Shown: positions 38,691 through 49,905 of the stretch, piece after piece | Layout of the letters: every line of letters starts with the position of its first letter | How positions within the stretch are numbered: position 1 is the stretch's first letter | Source of the DNA: Cenococcum geophilum | Taxonomy: Eukaryota | Direction: 5' to 3' | Assembly: GCA_050273025.1 (NCBI GenBank) | Contig: CP158635.1 | Location: forward strand, 14,322,001 to 14,386,000 | Length of the DNA stretch: 64,000 nucleotides | Translations under genes and position numbers: made by a program | Notes under the pieces: model-generated | Told to the model about the DNA's origin: nothing | Database searches by the model: none | Seen by the model: only the letters and a program-made list of their open reading frames with translations

Positions 38691-39360
38691 CTTGTGAGAC
38701 GGTAAAACTGTTGAGAAAGCCAAAGATAAGAGAAAAGACGGCGTCAAAGCTAGATAGCTTGAGAATGTCACTTCAGGAAATGAGAAATCAACATGAGATA
38801 CGACATTGAAATGAGGCGTTGCACAGCATCTTTGCGCAAGGCTGAACATGCAACTACAACATCGCAGTCACGCATGACGAATTATCTTCAATATAAGTGG
38901 GCATATATTTAGTAGTGATGCCTATACACCTTGTCATTGGGCCGGCATTATTGTTTTGAGGTATGTTACTCGTGCCCATTTTCATTGTGGGATTAATCAC
39001 TAGGAATAGAGAGGAAGGCAGGCGAGGTTGGGTGTTTGGGAAATTCGGGCACCAAATTAGGTCACTGCTAGTCATGCAAAAGGGTTTCCAACATTGCTTT
39101 GACTATCTCTCTTAATTCGTATCAGACAGCCATCCAACTCTATATCATTATGCAATGGCTTTTCGCTTTTTGGTATATTACAGGTAATTGAACGAAAAAG
39201 TCATTCCAAAGAATACGCCCACTTTTGAACATAATGCTGTCCTTTACCCTCTATTCCGACCATAGCTGCTACGCCTGCATAGCAAGATACAATCACGCCC
39301 ATCTAAGTAACGCCCAAAAGTATAACTAGTGCTGAAAATTGCATGAAGTGAAGTGAAAGG

Positions 39361-40394
39361 CTAACGTGGCGTTGATGCAAAGAGCTGCTTCAGACTACCA
39401 TTAGCCGGTGATGCGGTAGGTATAGTCGACTGTTTCTCGTAAAGGATCTCGCCTTCGACTGCGTCTATTGACGTCCTAGAGCTGGCGGCGCTCTTCAAAG
39501 AATATTGGCTAAGACTCGAGGCGGCAGCTGTGGCTGTGAATGGCATCACAAGGTCTATCGAGCGTGACCCGTATGACGAACTATGTGGGTTGCTGCGGGG
39601 TGGCAAAGGCCTGTTGGAGGGAGTATATGGCATCGACATGCTAGCTGAGGATGTAGGTGTATGAGATAGGGATGGTGCAGCGCTCATAGTGACCATTGAC
39701 ATCGGTGAGCGATTATATCGAGGTCGAGTTTGTCGGCCAGATGTCTCGGCCATTGCGGTGGTCGACTGGAATTGGCGAAGGTACCTCGACGCTTCTGAGT
39801 CACGTCTGAGCCTTTCATCTCCAGAAAGGGTACTGTCCTCTAATGATGCTTCTGAGAATGCAGAGGAAGATCGCTGCGACGGCGCAGCAGTAGGAGAGCG
39901 GGGTGCCACGATGTCTCGGATGGGCAGATCTTCAAAGGAGAAATTCGAAAATGGAGTTGGAGGAGGAGAGTGTTCTGATGAGTAGGACAAAATCTTTTCA
40001 TTGTCCTTTTTTCGGCAGCTGGATCGAGTGCGAATTAGTATCAATGTTCTTTAGGGGCTCACAAGGGCACTATGCGACATACATTTCAGAGCAGTAGAGC
40101 GCTGAATTGTTCGGTACGATGATTTGTTTCTCGCAACTCGTGCTGTAAAAACGTCAGTATGCGTCACTGATATCGGATAATTATATTCTTTGCATACCAG
40201 TACTGCAGGAAGCTCGTTGCCATTGATTCCTCGTCCTCAAGATCCTCCTCCGTATGCTGGGCGGCTTTGTGCCCGCCTTTGTTGGTACCGTGCGAATTGA
40301 CGCGCTTCAAGAGAGGGGCAGGTTTAGAGGGGCGGGCATGGGCCGGCAACGGCTTTTTAGGGTGGGCGGACGAGCGATTTTGATGAGCGGCCAT
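39361..40394 (-). CDS. Ecl1/2/3-family life-span regulatory factor
   Basis: MATSFLQYC..CEKQIIVPNNSALYCSE (Ecl1 Cys motif, assembled across an intron) followed by a Ser/Pro-rich region. Confidence 0.75.
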
Positions 40395-41191
40395 TGGAAG
40401 GGGGTGGCAAAGACGGTGAGAAGTTTATAACCTGACTCGACAGTTGGGCAGAGAGTAGACGCGCCGTATCAGGCTCGTCTGAATGATGTTGCCAGCAAGG
40501 ACGACGCCGGGAGAGAAGCGGTGTCACAGCCGCTGATAGAAGGTCGAGTGCTGATATGCCGAGGCGTGCTTTGTTTCGTTCCTTGTCTCGATCCCCTGCA
40601 GCCACTAATTTAGCCAGGAACGGCGGCACTCAGGCCCTTTACAAGGCCTATACAGCCATGGCCGACTCCACGTTGGATCACATGCGGATGAAGGGGAGAG
40701 TTTACAATTGATAAGGGTGCAATGACGGAATACAGTCCGCCCTTGGGATCGCCGTGGGTTTTGGTCGCACCAGAAATTCGGCTCCGCAGATGATAAGCTT
40801 TTCTCGCTTCGCTAAGGGCCAAGCGGTATTTTTTCCCCCGCTGTAAAAAAATCTTGAGATGTGAAACGCAAGACGACGGGATGTTTGCGGAAGATGGAGG
40901 AGGATGAAGTTCGCAGAGGACGGGTGCAAGAAGCAGACTGGCAGAGACGAGGGGCCTCTAAGCCTATATAACTTATTCACGATAAGCTCTAGGGAAAATA
41001 TTGCGAAGATATGGAACCATCGCTATCATCGAGCACATCATCGCCGAATAGCGGACTCACATAAGAGCATCACCCCACCCAATCCTCCACAGAAAGTCTG
41101 TTACCTCAGCAAGCTCAGACGCATAGAATCAATTAGCGGACAGCAGGTGGATATCGCTAACCCTTTTGGTCAAAAAGTTGATTCCATGGTG

Positions 41192-41867
41192 TGAGGGACT
41201 TTTGCAAGATTTGTTAAGCGTAGCAACTTATTATTTTATATATAGAGTAGTTACCTTTTTTAATAAAATTAATCTATGCCCCTATAGCAGCTCTCACCTT
41301 AGGAATACAGTTATATTAACCCATAAAACTAGCTTTATAATTAATAAATATATCTACCGTAAGAACATAATCTTAAAAGTCCCATAGCTGTCGCGCCCGT
41401 TCTGTTGCATAAACTCTCTAAGTTCAAGTATCCGGCACGGTGGCGGCTGTTCTAGTATCTTATTTGACCTTCAACCTCTCTGTTTGACGAGTTTTTGTGG
41501 CGGTATACTATGGGTTGGCTTAAGTATCCATGACTTAGTAATCGACGCGTGATGAGATTTGGAAGGGGATTATTCGGTATAACGCGGATACTGTATATCT
41601 ACCTGGCTATAATAGATACCTTAAGGTACTTATTGTAGATCTATGCAGGTTTTATACATATTAGCTGGCATTTAATAAAATTATATAGAGGTCCACTGTC
41701 TTCAATAACGCGGGTTTTTAGTAAAAATAAGCGTAAGACCTGAAAGTCCCTAAGTAATAAAAATAATATATTCTAAAAGCCTAGGTTCTATTATATAATT
41801 AATAAACTTTAGGAAATAATATAAAATATTAGTGTTGAGTTATTTCAATATCTGCAAAAGTGCCTCA
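41192..41867. mobile_element. Probable RIP-decayed MITE or DNA transposon relic
   Basis: AT-rich island bounded by TGAGGGACTTTTGCA / TGCAAAAGTGCCTCA (14/15 inverted match); no clear TSD. Confidence 0.5.
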
Positions 41868-42549
41868 GACGTGATTACGGTGGAGTACCACGAATGTGGT
41901 TAGTCAGTTTGCGGACCGATTGAAAATCCGCACTAACTGGGCTTACTGAAGGAAGGAAGTCTGTGCCATCCATATGCCAGCGGCGTAGTTGACCAATATT
42001 AAATTTATCCGCGGCTGCTGCTGGTCATGACAAAGCCGGAGCATGTCCCGTCTGGGTGTCCCGGTGCCCGACCATCATGGTGTTGTGCATGGTTCGTCGT
42101 GCTGCACGAATCGTAGCCAAGCCTGTCCTACGGGCTGTCCACATCCTGGCAGGAGCTTGGCTCGCGAGGGGGAACTATCGTGCATTAGAGTACCATCTCT
42201 ACCAGACTCGTCATAGGATCACGAACAGGGTGCAATTCTCTCATTCTTTCAATTATGTAACACAATATAGATGTTGGATTGTGATGAAGACCGACCCACC
42301 GACCTGATCTAGCGTCTGGGAACTGCACAGTTGGCTAATCTACGCACGAAGAACGTGCTCTCCATTCTCTCTGATTCGTATGCAAGCAGCAGTCCAGTCA
42401 CTTTTTGCCAGGTTAGGGGGCATCTCCGTGTTTCCATGCCTGTTCAGATTTGCTCATGTCGACAACGTCGAAGATGCAACTAGGCGTTAGATTTTAGGTA
42501 AACCAGGGCCGACGCTAGCACGTGGGTTCTAAGAACCCTGACGAATCTG

Positions 42550-43885
42550 TCAAACCGAAAATGGATCTCGGGGTCCTTCAGATCGGGTGATTCGCAACAT
42601 GCGTATAGGAGTGGTTGTTGGGTAGAAAGGACCAGCTTGGAGATCCTCCGGTATTGTCGGAAAGTTTATTTCTTCCGTGCCGAAGTGGTTTCGGCCTACT
42701 CCACAGAAATCAGCAACTGTCTCAACGCCAGCGCAAAAAACTAGTCACTCATAGGGCAGATGCGGAGAGGCCCACTGCATGCGTTGATAAAGGTCTCGAA
42801 CGTTTTCTCGTTGCGGATGGATGCGGCAATTACAACTTGGACAGACGACTTCAGGTCAAACAATTCCCGCAAGGTCGATACCAGCAGCGGGATACCGGAG
42901 TTGTCGTAAGTCTGAAGAAACTTCCCTGAGCTTGAGGCTGTGTGCATGTTTGCGGGGTTAAGCTTACGACATCTGCTCCAAGAACAACGTCAAGGGCTCC
43001 AACTCCATAGTCTTCTTCAAATGCCGTTGCTTGCAAAGGCCAGCCCCATTTTAAAGCTGCAGATTCGATGGAGCCTCGTGTGCTAGAGCCCTCCGGAATA
43101 TCTAGTTCGTTGATGAAGATGTTCGTTTTGATAGCATCGACAACAGCCTCGTCACCGTCAGTCGCTATTACACGCCCTGCCTCCAAATATTTCGCGCAAA
43201 GTATTGATAGCAATCCGGTCCCAGCCCCCAATTCAAGCACATTTTTACCTCGAATGATCTCATTGCCACTTTCAGACATGAGAAAGTTCCCTAAGTGAAG
43301 GGCAGCTTCCCATGTCCGGAGACCCGTTGTGCCGGACGAGGAGATGACAGCACGAGACTCAAGTAGCGTTACGGGTAGTTCATTGGAAGAAGCTGGTCCG
43401 TCAATTGGACGAGTTGAGTAGGTATACGTCACAAATGCTTTTTGTTGGGCTGAAACGGACTCTGAGGACAGATTGGAGCTAAGAAGTGAAGATAATATAG
43501 ACATCAGGTCATTTGAGATCTCCTGTCCACACAAAATGAAATAGAGTATCAGTATATACATATATTTACTAAAATGCCGGTCTATTGCAGTGAAAGTAGA
43601 GTAAAAAAGAAGCAGGAAAGAGAAACGGCATACATCCTCCTCAGGGTCATCAATTGCGCCTTCAATAATTGAAACGAGCTTCTTTAAAACCCTAAATTGG
43701 TACCGTTCCGGTGGTCGTGATTTAACGGTGTCCAGGTCGAAGAGATTCTCATAAATCCAGGTTTGCACTGCGGAGGTTTTGAGGATGTTGGCATCTGGCC
43801 ATTTCAACCCTTCCAAGTTAACAATCTGAAAGTATTGTCGGCGCAGTACCCTTAAGTTTCCTTGGGTTGTGTGAGTTAATTCCAT
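42550..43885 (-). CDS. EFM3: Protein-lysine N-methyltransferase, FAM86A/EEF2KMT-like
   Basis: LRRQYFQ N-terminal region, GTTGLRTWEAALHL, VLELGAGTG, VLGADV|TYD across an intron. Confidence 0.85.
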
Positions 43886-44217
43886 GTTCGCATTTTGTTG
43901 TGATGTTAAGATGAAATCAATGGGCGGGGAAGATTTTCTAAGACCGAAAGTCGCCCCTTTAGCGAGATTTTAGCCTGCCAAGACGCACTGAGGTGGGAAT
44001 TTTGGACGACGACACATCTCTAACGACTCCCACTGACGACGGCATCCTGCTGCGACAACAATCCATCTTCATCACGAAAGAAAGCAGGATCCTCTTGCCG
44101 GATACCGATTGATCGACTTTCAGTACGTTTTACAACTACCCGGCCTAGAAAACTCGATGTCCATTGAAATCTAACAGCTCCACAGTCCGTCTCAGTCCTT
44201 ACAGCCCTATCACCAAT

Positions 44218-44770
44218 ATGGCTGATTCGCAGGTTACTCTGCGTACGCGCAAGTTCATCCGAAACCCCCTCCTGGGTCGCCGCCAGATGGTTGTGTAAGT
44301 CTCGAGTATATCAGGTGTGGACGAAAACTCGCATCATAATGGAATCTGACGCATGACAGTGATGTCCTACACCCCAACCGCGCCAACGTCTCTAAAGACG
44401 AGCTCCGCACTAAACTCGCTGAGCTCTACAAGGCAAAAAAGGACGAGATCTCCGTCTTCGGTTTCAGGACACAGTATGGTGGTGGTAAGAGCACCGGCTT
44501 CGCGCTCATCTACGAGTCACCAGAGGCGATGAAGAAGTTCGAGCCACACTACAGACTTGTGCGGGTCGGCATGGCGACAAAGATCGAGAAAGCTAGCAGG
44601 CAACAACGTACGTATAATCCATGGATAACGTTGGTTGGATATTGTGATTTTTTGGTGGGTCTGGAACACTGACTGGAATTTGATCAACAGGCAAGCAACG
44701 CAAGAACAGGTCGAAGGAGTTCCGGGGTACGGCCAAGACGAAGAGTGCTTCGAAGGACAAGAAGAAATAA
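44218..44770 (+). CDS. RPS24: 40S ribosomal protein S24 (eS24), 3 exons
   Basis: [38 protein letters not shown]...[19 protein letters not shown]...RQQR|KQRKNR. Confidence 0.97.
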
Positions 44771-45586
44771 ACGATTCTTTCTCGATGCGGACGGTTCTGG
44801 GAAGGTTGTGGGTGGTGTGGAGCTTGGTCATAGCAGGAAGAGGCTTGGAGTGGGCATCGTGTGCATTTACGTACGCCTGAAAACTCTTGCGCGGCGTATC
44901 GCGAATGGGAAGGCAAGATGGATGGCGTTTGAGCTCTCGTTTGTCTACTGTCCAACCTCGCATAGCATTCAATGGACATTTACTTTCCTGATTGCATGCG
45001 CCTCCTAATATAGTGAACGAGGATTCATAAGGGTACTGTGAAAAGCAAGCAGTTGTTCAGTAGCTCATCGATACATTTAAATGGAAAAGTTACCCAGCAG
45101 GATAATTACCGAACTACTTTCCACTCTCGTCAAACAGTTACATGCTAGTGCATTTAATCACAAGTACATCCACAACATAAAGGTAAAATTTACCAATCCT
45201 TGCTCTCGTCTCTGATGAATACTGCAAATGGCTCAGTAATGTCCACCTTTGATGATATCTATCACACATCATCGCTACAGCATATAAGAGTTTAATCTCC
45301 TCTTCTACGAGACATTCCATCATTGCAGCCATCTTTCTAATTTCACCTCGAAGACATTTCAAATAGTTTTCTTGAAGAACCATGGTGTTACAGCATTTCC
45401 CTAATATTGAACCATCGCAGTCGTCGCACATTATCCAAATGCCTTGCATTGCATGCTCAGACTGAGCCTAGTGTCACACCTTGGCCTATTTAAATGCCGA
45501 TCCAGAGATTCAGCTTCCAGCAGCTGGATCACTAAAGCCAGTTCCAAACAAAATCTTCCACACATCCCCAAGCACCCTCACACGAC

Positions 45587-47410
45587 TCACTTCACCTCCG
45601 CCTTTGCCTCCCCACTTCCTCTCCCTTTCCCAGCACCCTCTCCCTCCCTGATTCCCCAAAACCTCGCCGGCACACCCCTCGCCGGCCTCCCACCCACGCC
45701 CTCCCTCTCATATACAGGCCCCACATAGCACCCAAGCCCCTTACTCCACCGACAGTGCCCTGCGACAAGCCGCTGGATGCACTTATACGCATACTTGTCC
45801 CGATACGCCAGGCCAGTGCGGGGGTCGATGTAGCGGGCCGGCAGCCCCGTGATGGCGCAGGTGTGGCGCGGGGGCGTCGGGAGCACAGACTTGTGCGTGC
45901 GGGAGGTGGGGTGCGCGGACGCGGCGAGGGTGGCGTGGGAGACGGGCCAGGAGAAGAGGTGCTGGGAGAGGGAGATTAGGGCGCTTTTATCGCGGGTTTT
46001 GAGGGGCGGGGGGAGCGAGGGGAAGGATGTTAGGATTATGAGGTTGCGGACGGCGCGTTCGATTATTTTGCGCGGTATGGGTTGCGGAGGTTGCGGTTCG
46101 GGTTGTGGTGCCGGCTGTGGTGCTGGTTCAGTGGTCGGTGGGCTGACAGCTGGGTTAGTGGGTGGGAGGGATGGGGGTGCGGCGACGGGCTCGGGCATTG
46201 CGGCCCAGTGCTCAATTCCGAAGAGGAAGCTGTCGGGGTTTTGGGGTGGAGCGAAGATTATGGAGTTGGGGTAGGCGGGAGGTGGAGGTAGTTGTTCGGG
46301 TTCAGCTGGAGTTGTAGCAGGCTCTGGTGCTGTTGCTGGTGCGGGTTCTGGAACGGGCTCAGATGTTGGCTCAGGTGCGGTCTGGGAGGTTGATGGAGGT
46401 ACCCCATTTGCGGTTGCAGCATCTTTGGTAGCTGTAGCATCGTCAGAGGTTCGATCTTTGGGTGGGTCTGCTGGTTGTTCAGCGGGCTGGTCCTCGAGTT
46501 CTTCGATTTTGGGTGCATCCTTTCCGGTAAATTTAAGCTTATTGTCAACCCATATCGCTGATCCACTGTAGTATCGAATAAAGGGTCCTTCTAGTTCACG
46601 GCTCTTTAGAGCGTCAAGTTTTGCCTGGCGTTCTGCAGCTCTCTTCTCCTCAGCTTCTTCCCACCTATGTAGACTTTTACTATTCTGTTTCTCAACTAGT
46701 GCTGCCTCAGCCAGTCTCTCAGCTTGTGTCATAGCTTTAGGTTTGGCTTTCTCCTTGCGCTCTTCAGCAGCCTTCATCATAGCGATAGTATCTGCGCGCT
46801 TCTTGTCCTTTTTCTTTAGCCGCTCCATTGTCTCTTCTTTATTCATCATAGTTTGTCGGCGAGAAGATTGCCGCGCGGGACCTTCTTCCGGTGTAGGAAC
46901 CCATGATGCCCTCTCTGACTTTTTTTTTGGCCGCGGAATAGGTGTGATTTCCGTGGGCGCGGACGATGGTATGTCAAGCTTAACCCTCTTCCGAGCGGCG
47001 GCGAGTCTGGCAGCAAATGGGTTCACTGCCTTCTTTCGCTTCTTCTCCCGCAACTCCAGTCGCTCCGCTTTTTTCAGCTCTTTTTCCCCCACATCATCGT
47101 CACCTTCATCCTCATCTTCAGTTGATGAGGAATCAAGGTTAAAGTCGCCCTGGTCTTCTGCATCTTCGCCAACAAACTCCTCTTCGTCTGGCAGCTCCTC
47201 CCAGTCTTCTCCCCATTTTTCTTGTTCATCAATGGTCTCCTCTTGAGCTAGGAGGTTGCTCATGCGGTTGCCGGCGTTTGGTCGACGGGCGCGCGACACG
47301 ACCATGAGCGGGCCGGCGGATTCATCGTTATCAGTGGCAGAGGTGCTAGTGGCCTCATCTTCAGACACTAAGCGGTCCTTGGCTGTCCGATCGTCTAGAT
47401 CCGGGGTCAT
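45587..47410 (-). CDS. VPS72: SWR1 complex subunit Vps72/YL1
   Basis: SRARRPNAGNRMSNLL, acidic tract, RQSSRRQT, MTQAERLAEA and YL1-C motif CAITGLPARYIDPRTGLAY; likely ATG at 47410. Confidence 0.9.
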   Translation of the reverse strand: MTPDLDDRTAKDRLVSEDEATSTSATDNDESAGPLMVVSRARRPNAGNRMSNLLAQEETIDEQEKWGEDWEELPDEEEFVGEDAEDQGDFNLDSSSTEDEDEGDDDVGEKELKKAERLELREKKRKKAVNPFAARLAAARKRVKLDIPSSAPTEITPIPRPKKKSERASWVPTPEEGPARQSSRRQTMMNKEETMERLKKKDKKRADTIAMMKAAEERKEKAKPKAMTQAERLAEAALVEKQNSKSLHRWEEAEEKRAAERQAKLDALKSRELEGPFIRYYSGSAIWVDNKLKFTGKDAPKIEELEDQPAEQPADPPKDRTSDDATATKDAATANGVPPSTSQTAPEPTSEPVPEPAPATAPEPATTPAEPEQLPPPPAYPNSIIFAPPQNPDSFLFGIEHWAAMPEPVAAPPSLPPTNPAVSPPTTEPAPQPAPQPEPQPPQPIPRKIIERAVRNLIILTSFPSLPPPLKTRDKSALISLSQHLFSWPVSHATLAASAHPTSRTHKSVLPTPPRHTCAITGLPARYIDPRTGLAYRDKYAYKCIQRLVAGHCRWSKGLGCYVGPVYEREGVGGRPARGVPARFWGIREGEGAGKGRGSGEAKAEVK

Positions 47411-47826
47411 GGTGGATGGATGGACGCGAGTGAGGAAGGTGGTAGAGGAAGGATCAGTCGAGAGAGGAAGGATGAGGCGATGGGGAGGGAGCTGAAGCAA
47501 CGCGAGCGTCGTCTAGTAGGCCTGAAGACAGCGTCAAGGGTTGTTGGAGTGATTCTAGAAGAGTTCCATGCCAGAGGGACGGATTGTCAATACGGAGGTG
47601 GAGGCGACTAGGCGGAGTTCATGCTGCGTGCTAGCATGGGGAGTGAAGGCCTGCGCAGATTGCGCTTCTCAATGCTGTGCAGAGAACCTAATTAATGAAC
47701 GAGAGAAATGCTTTGAGGCAACGGTAGCATGTAGTGGAGCATGTAAAGTGGCCGGTGGACAGAGCGCATGGATGCTCGGTGCTGCTTCTGGTGTGGTGTA
47801 TCCGGGATAGCAAGACGCACGCGATA

Positions 47827-48247
47827 AGCTCGGACCCCTGAACTCAGCTACCCCCTGAACCGGGGCCATTTTATATACAAATTAGCGAATTTCTACCCCT
47901 ATTTAAAAAAAATTTTAATAGATAATTTTTTATAAATAAAAAGCACACTAATATAACTAAATTTTCTTAAAAATAGAAAATATTTATAATAAAGTAAGTT
48001 TTTACAGGGGGTAAATTAGTATATAAAATAGCCATTTATATTTTTATTTTTAACAACTAAGTATATAGAGATAATTTTTTAATTAATTTTTTTATAAATT
48101 AACTTAGAGTTATATAAACTATAACTCTAACATTTAATATATTTAATAATCTATTATTTTTATTATTTTAATAGGGGTAGAAAATCACTAATTCGTATGT
48201 AAAATGGCCCGAGTTCAGGGGGTGGCCGTGTTCTAGGGGTCTGAGCT
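47827..48247. mobile_element. MITE with ~80-bp TIRs and RIPed AT-rich core
   Basis: AGCTCGGACCCCTGAAC...TTCTACCCCTATT mirrored by AATAGGGGTAGAA...GGGGTCTGAGCT; TSD not evident. Confidence 0.85.
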
Positions 48248-49905
48248 CAAACGAAGTCGATATGCTTGGACATTTGCCTGCGAGTAACCAGAGCACCCCA
48301 TTCCAAGCCGATCCTGCAAATCAAGCTCACCTAATTCTGCACCGATAACGAGTCAGTATAATCCGCCAGGCAAGGCATGACGCCGGAGCTGCGGGCCTTC
48401 GTCCCTTTACCGTGCAATTACTGCTCTCGACCTTGCACTCAAACACGTCTCATACGAAGGGCACCGAAGACGTGGAAAGTGCATGGACTAGACATCCAAA
48501 GGAAATAAGCTTTGATCACGTCTGAAAGTGCCATTAAGGTGTCTTTGAAAAAAGGGTTAAGCATGTCCTCCCGCAATTACGAGGAAATAAATGAATTCCT
48601 GGTCCAAGTATAGGACTACCGACAGGTGCGGGAGGCTAGGGTGTCCAAAAACGTCCACGTCAGATAGTCGTGTAAGCAGGTCTTGCTTGACGGAAACAAG
48701 CGACAATTTGGTGAACTTGAAGCGCCTTGTCGTGTTTCAGCATGGTGATTGCGGCTTACCCTCTGCAACCTGCGAGCCAGTAACAAAGCGAGGACGCAGG
48801 CTGGCCTTCAGCGGCCTTTTGCTGCAGCAGCATTCCAGCCGCGGAGCAGAGCGGGCATGAGCGAGCATTCGCTGCCAGATCTGCTGTGTGATGGACCTTG
48901 CTATTTGCTGTGCTGCTCACTCAAGCGCAGGCTACGTACTCGTAGAGACATTCGTACAGGCATTCGCAGAGAGCCCGCAGTGTCCGTTGTGCTCGCAACG
49001 CCCCCCAAGTGCCCTGGGGAACCTGGCGAACCTGGCGAAAGGCGCTGGGTTAGCGTCGAGGCCTCTCTCCTGTCTTTGACCGTCACTCAGGCGGCTGCCC
49101 TGGCTGCTCGTTTGCCCCGGCTCCACAACCGACTGCCTGAGCTTGAACAACCTGCACTTGCACCACCAACAACCTCATCCTTTCTCTCTTCCCTCCCACC
49201 ACCACGGCCGCCTCTTCTCCTTCGAGCGTCGGTTCCTAATCGGCATTGTCGTAATCTTGTTTTGTTTCTTCTCCAGGCCTCATCCGGCTTGTCTATTACA
49301 ACGGCTGCTGTCTGTATCATAATCAATCCCCCCGAGCGCTCGACAATTTTCTTAGCCCTCGCCGCGTCAACCAGTTTCCTAGCAATAACGTCGCTCCTTG
49401 CTCCATACCACATACCGCCTTGATACCCCAATTCCCACCGTCTATTACTCCGCTTCCCCTTTGCGCTACATCTCTCTGCGCACCTGCGAGCTAAAAACTC
49501 GGACAGCCCTAGCTACACAAATTGCAACACCACGATCCCTGACTCAACAGCGCCTACCACACCCGAAATACTCTGGCTGCGCTCGACTTGCGCTGACTAC
49601 TGGGACGAGTAACCGCACATCGATTCTTCCGTTTGCCTAGTTCGCGGAAGACCCTTCGTCAGCAGGCCTGGGTGGATAGGGGTATCAACTTGTACATTGC
49701 ACACAAATCACTCAGATTCTAAGGCTTCACGCCCTCGCTGAATCCGGTCTTGCTGGTAATACTCTACTGCCTTTACATTCCTTTGGCCGGTACCAACCAC
49801 TTTTCCGCTATTACCCTGGTTTTGGTAAAAGAGAGCAGCTACTAGCTATATTCTCTCGCCTTTGAACACCTTAAAACGATAAAGAGACAGGGTCTATAAT
49901 TCATA

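Noticed and set aside
44517..47810. Antisense and alternative-frame ORFs over RPS24 and VPS72
   Set aside because: Shadows of real GC-rich coding sequence with no independent motifs.
48591..49640. Several ORFs (up to 224 aa) upstream of the PUF gene
   Set aside because: Mostly non-ATG starts, low complexity, overlapping on both strands; more likely promoter and long 5' UTR.
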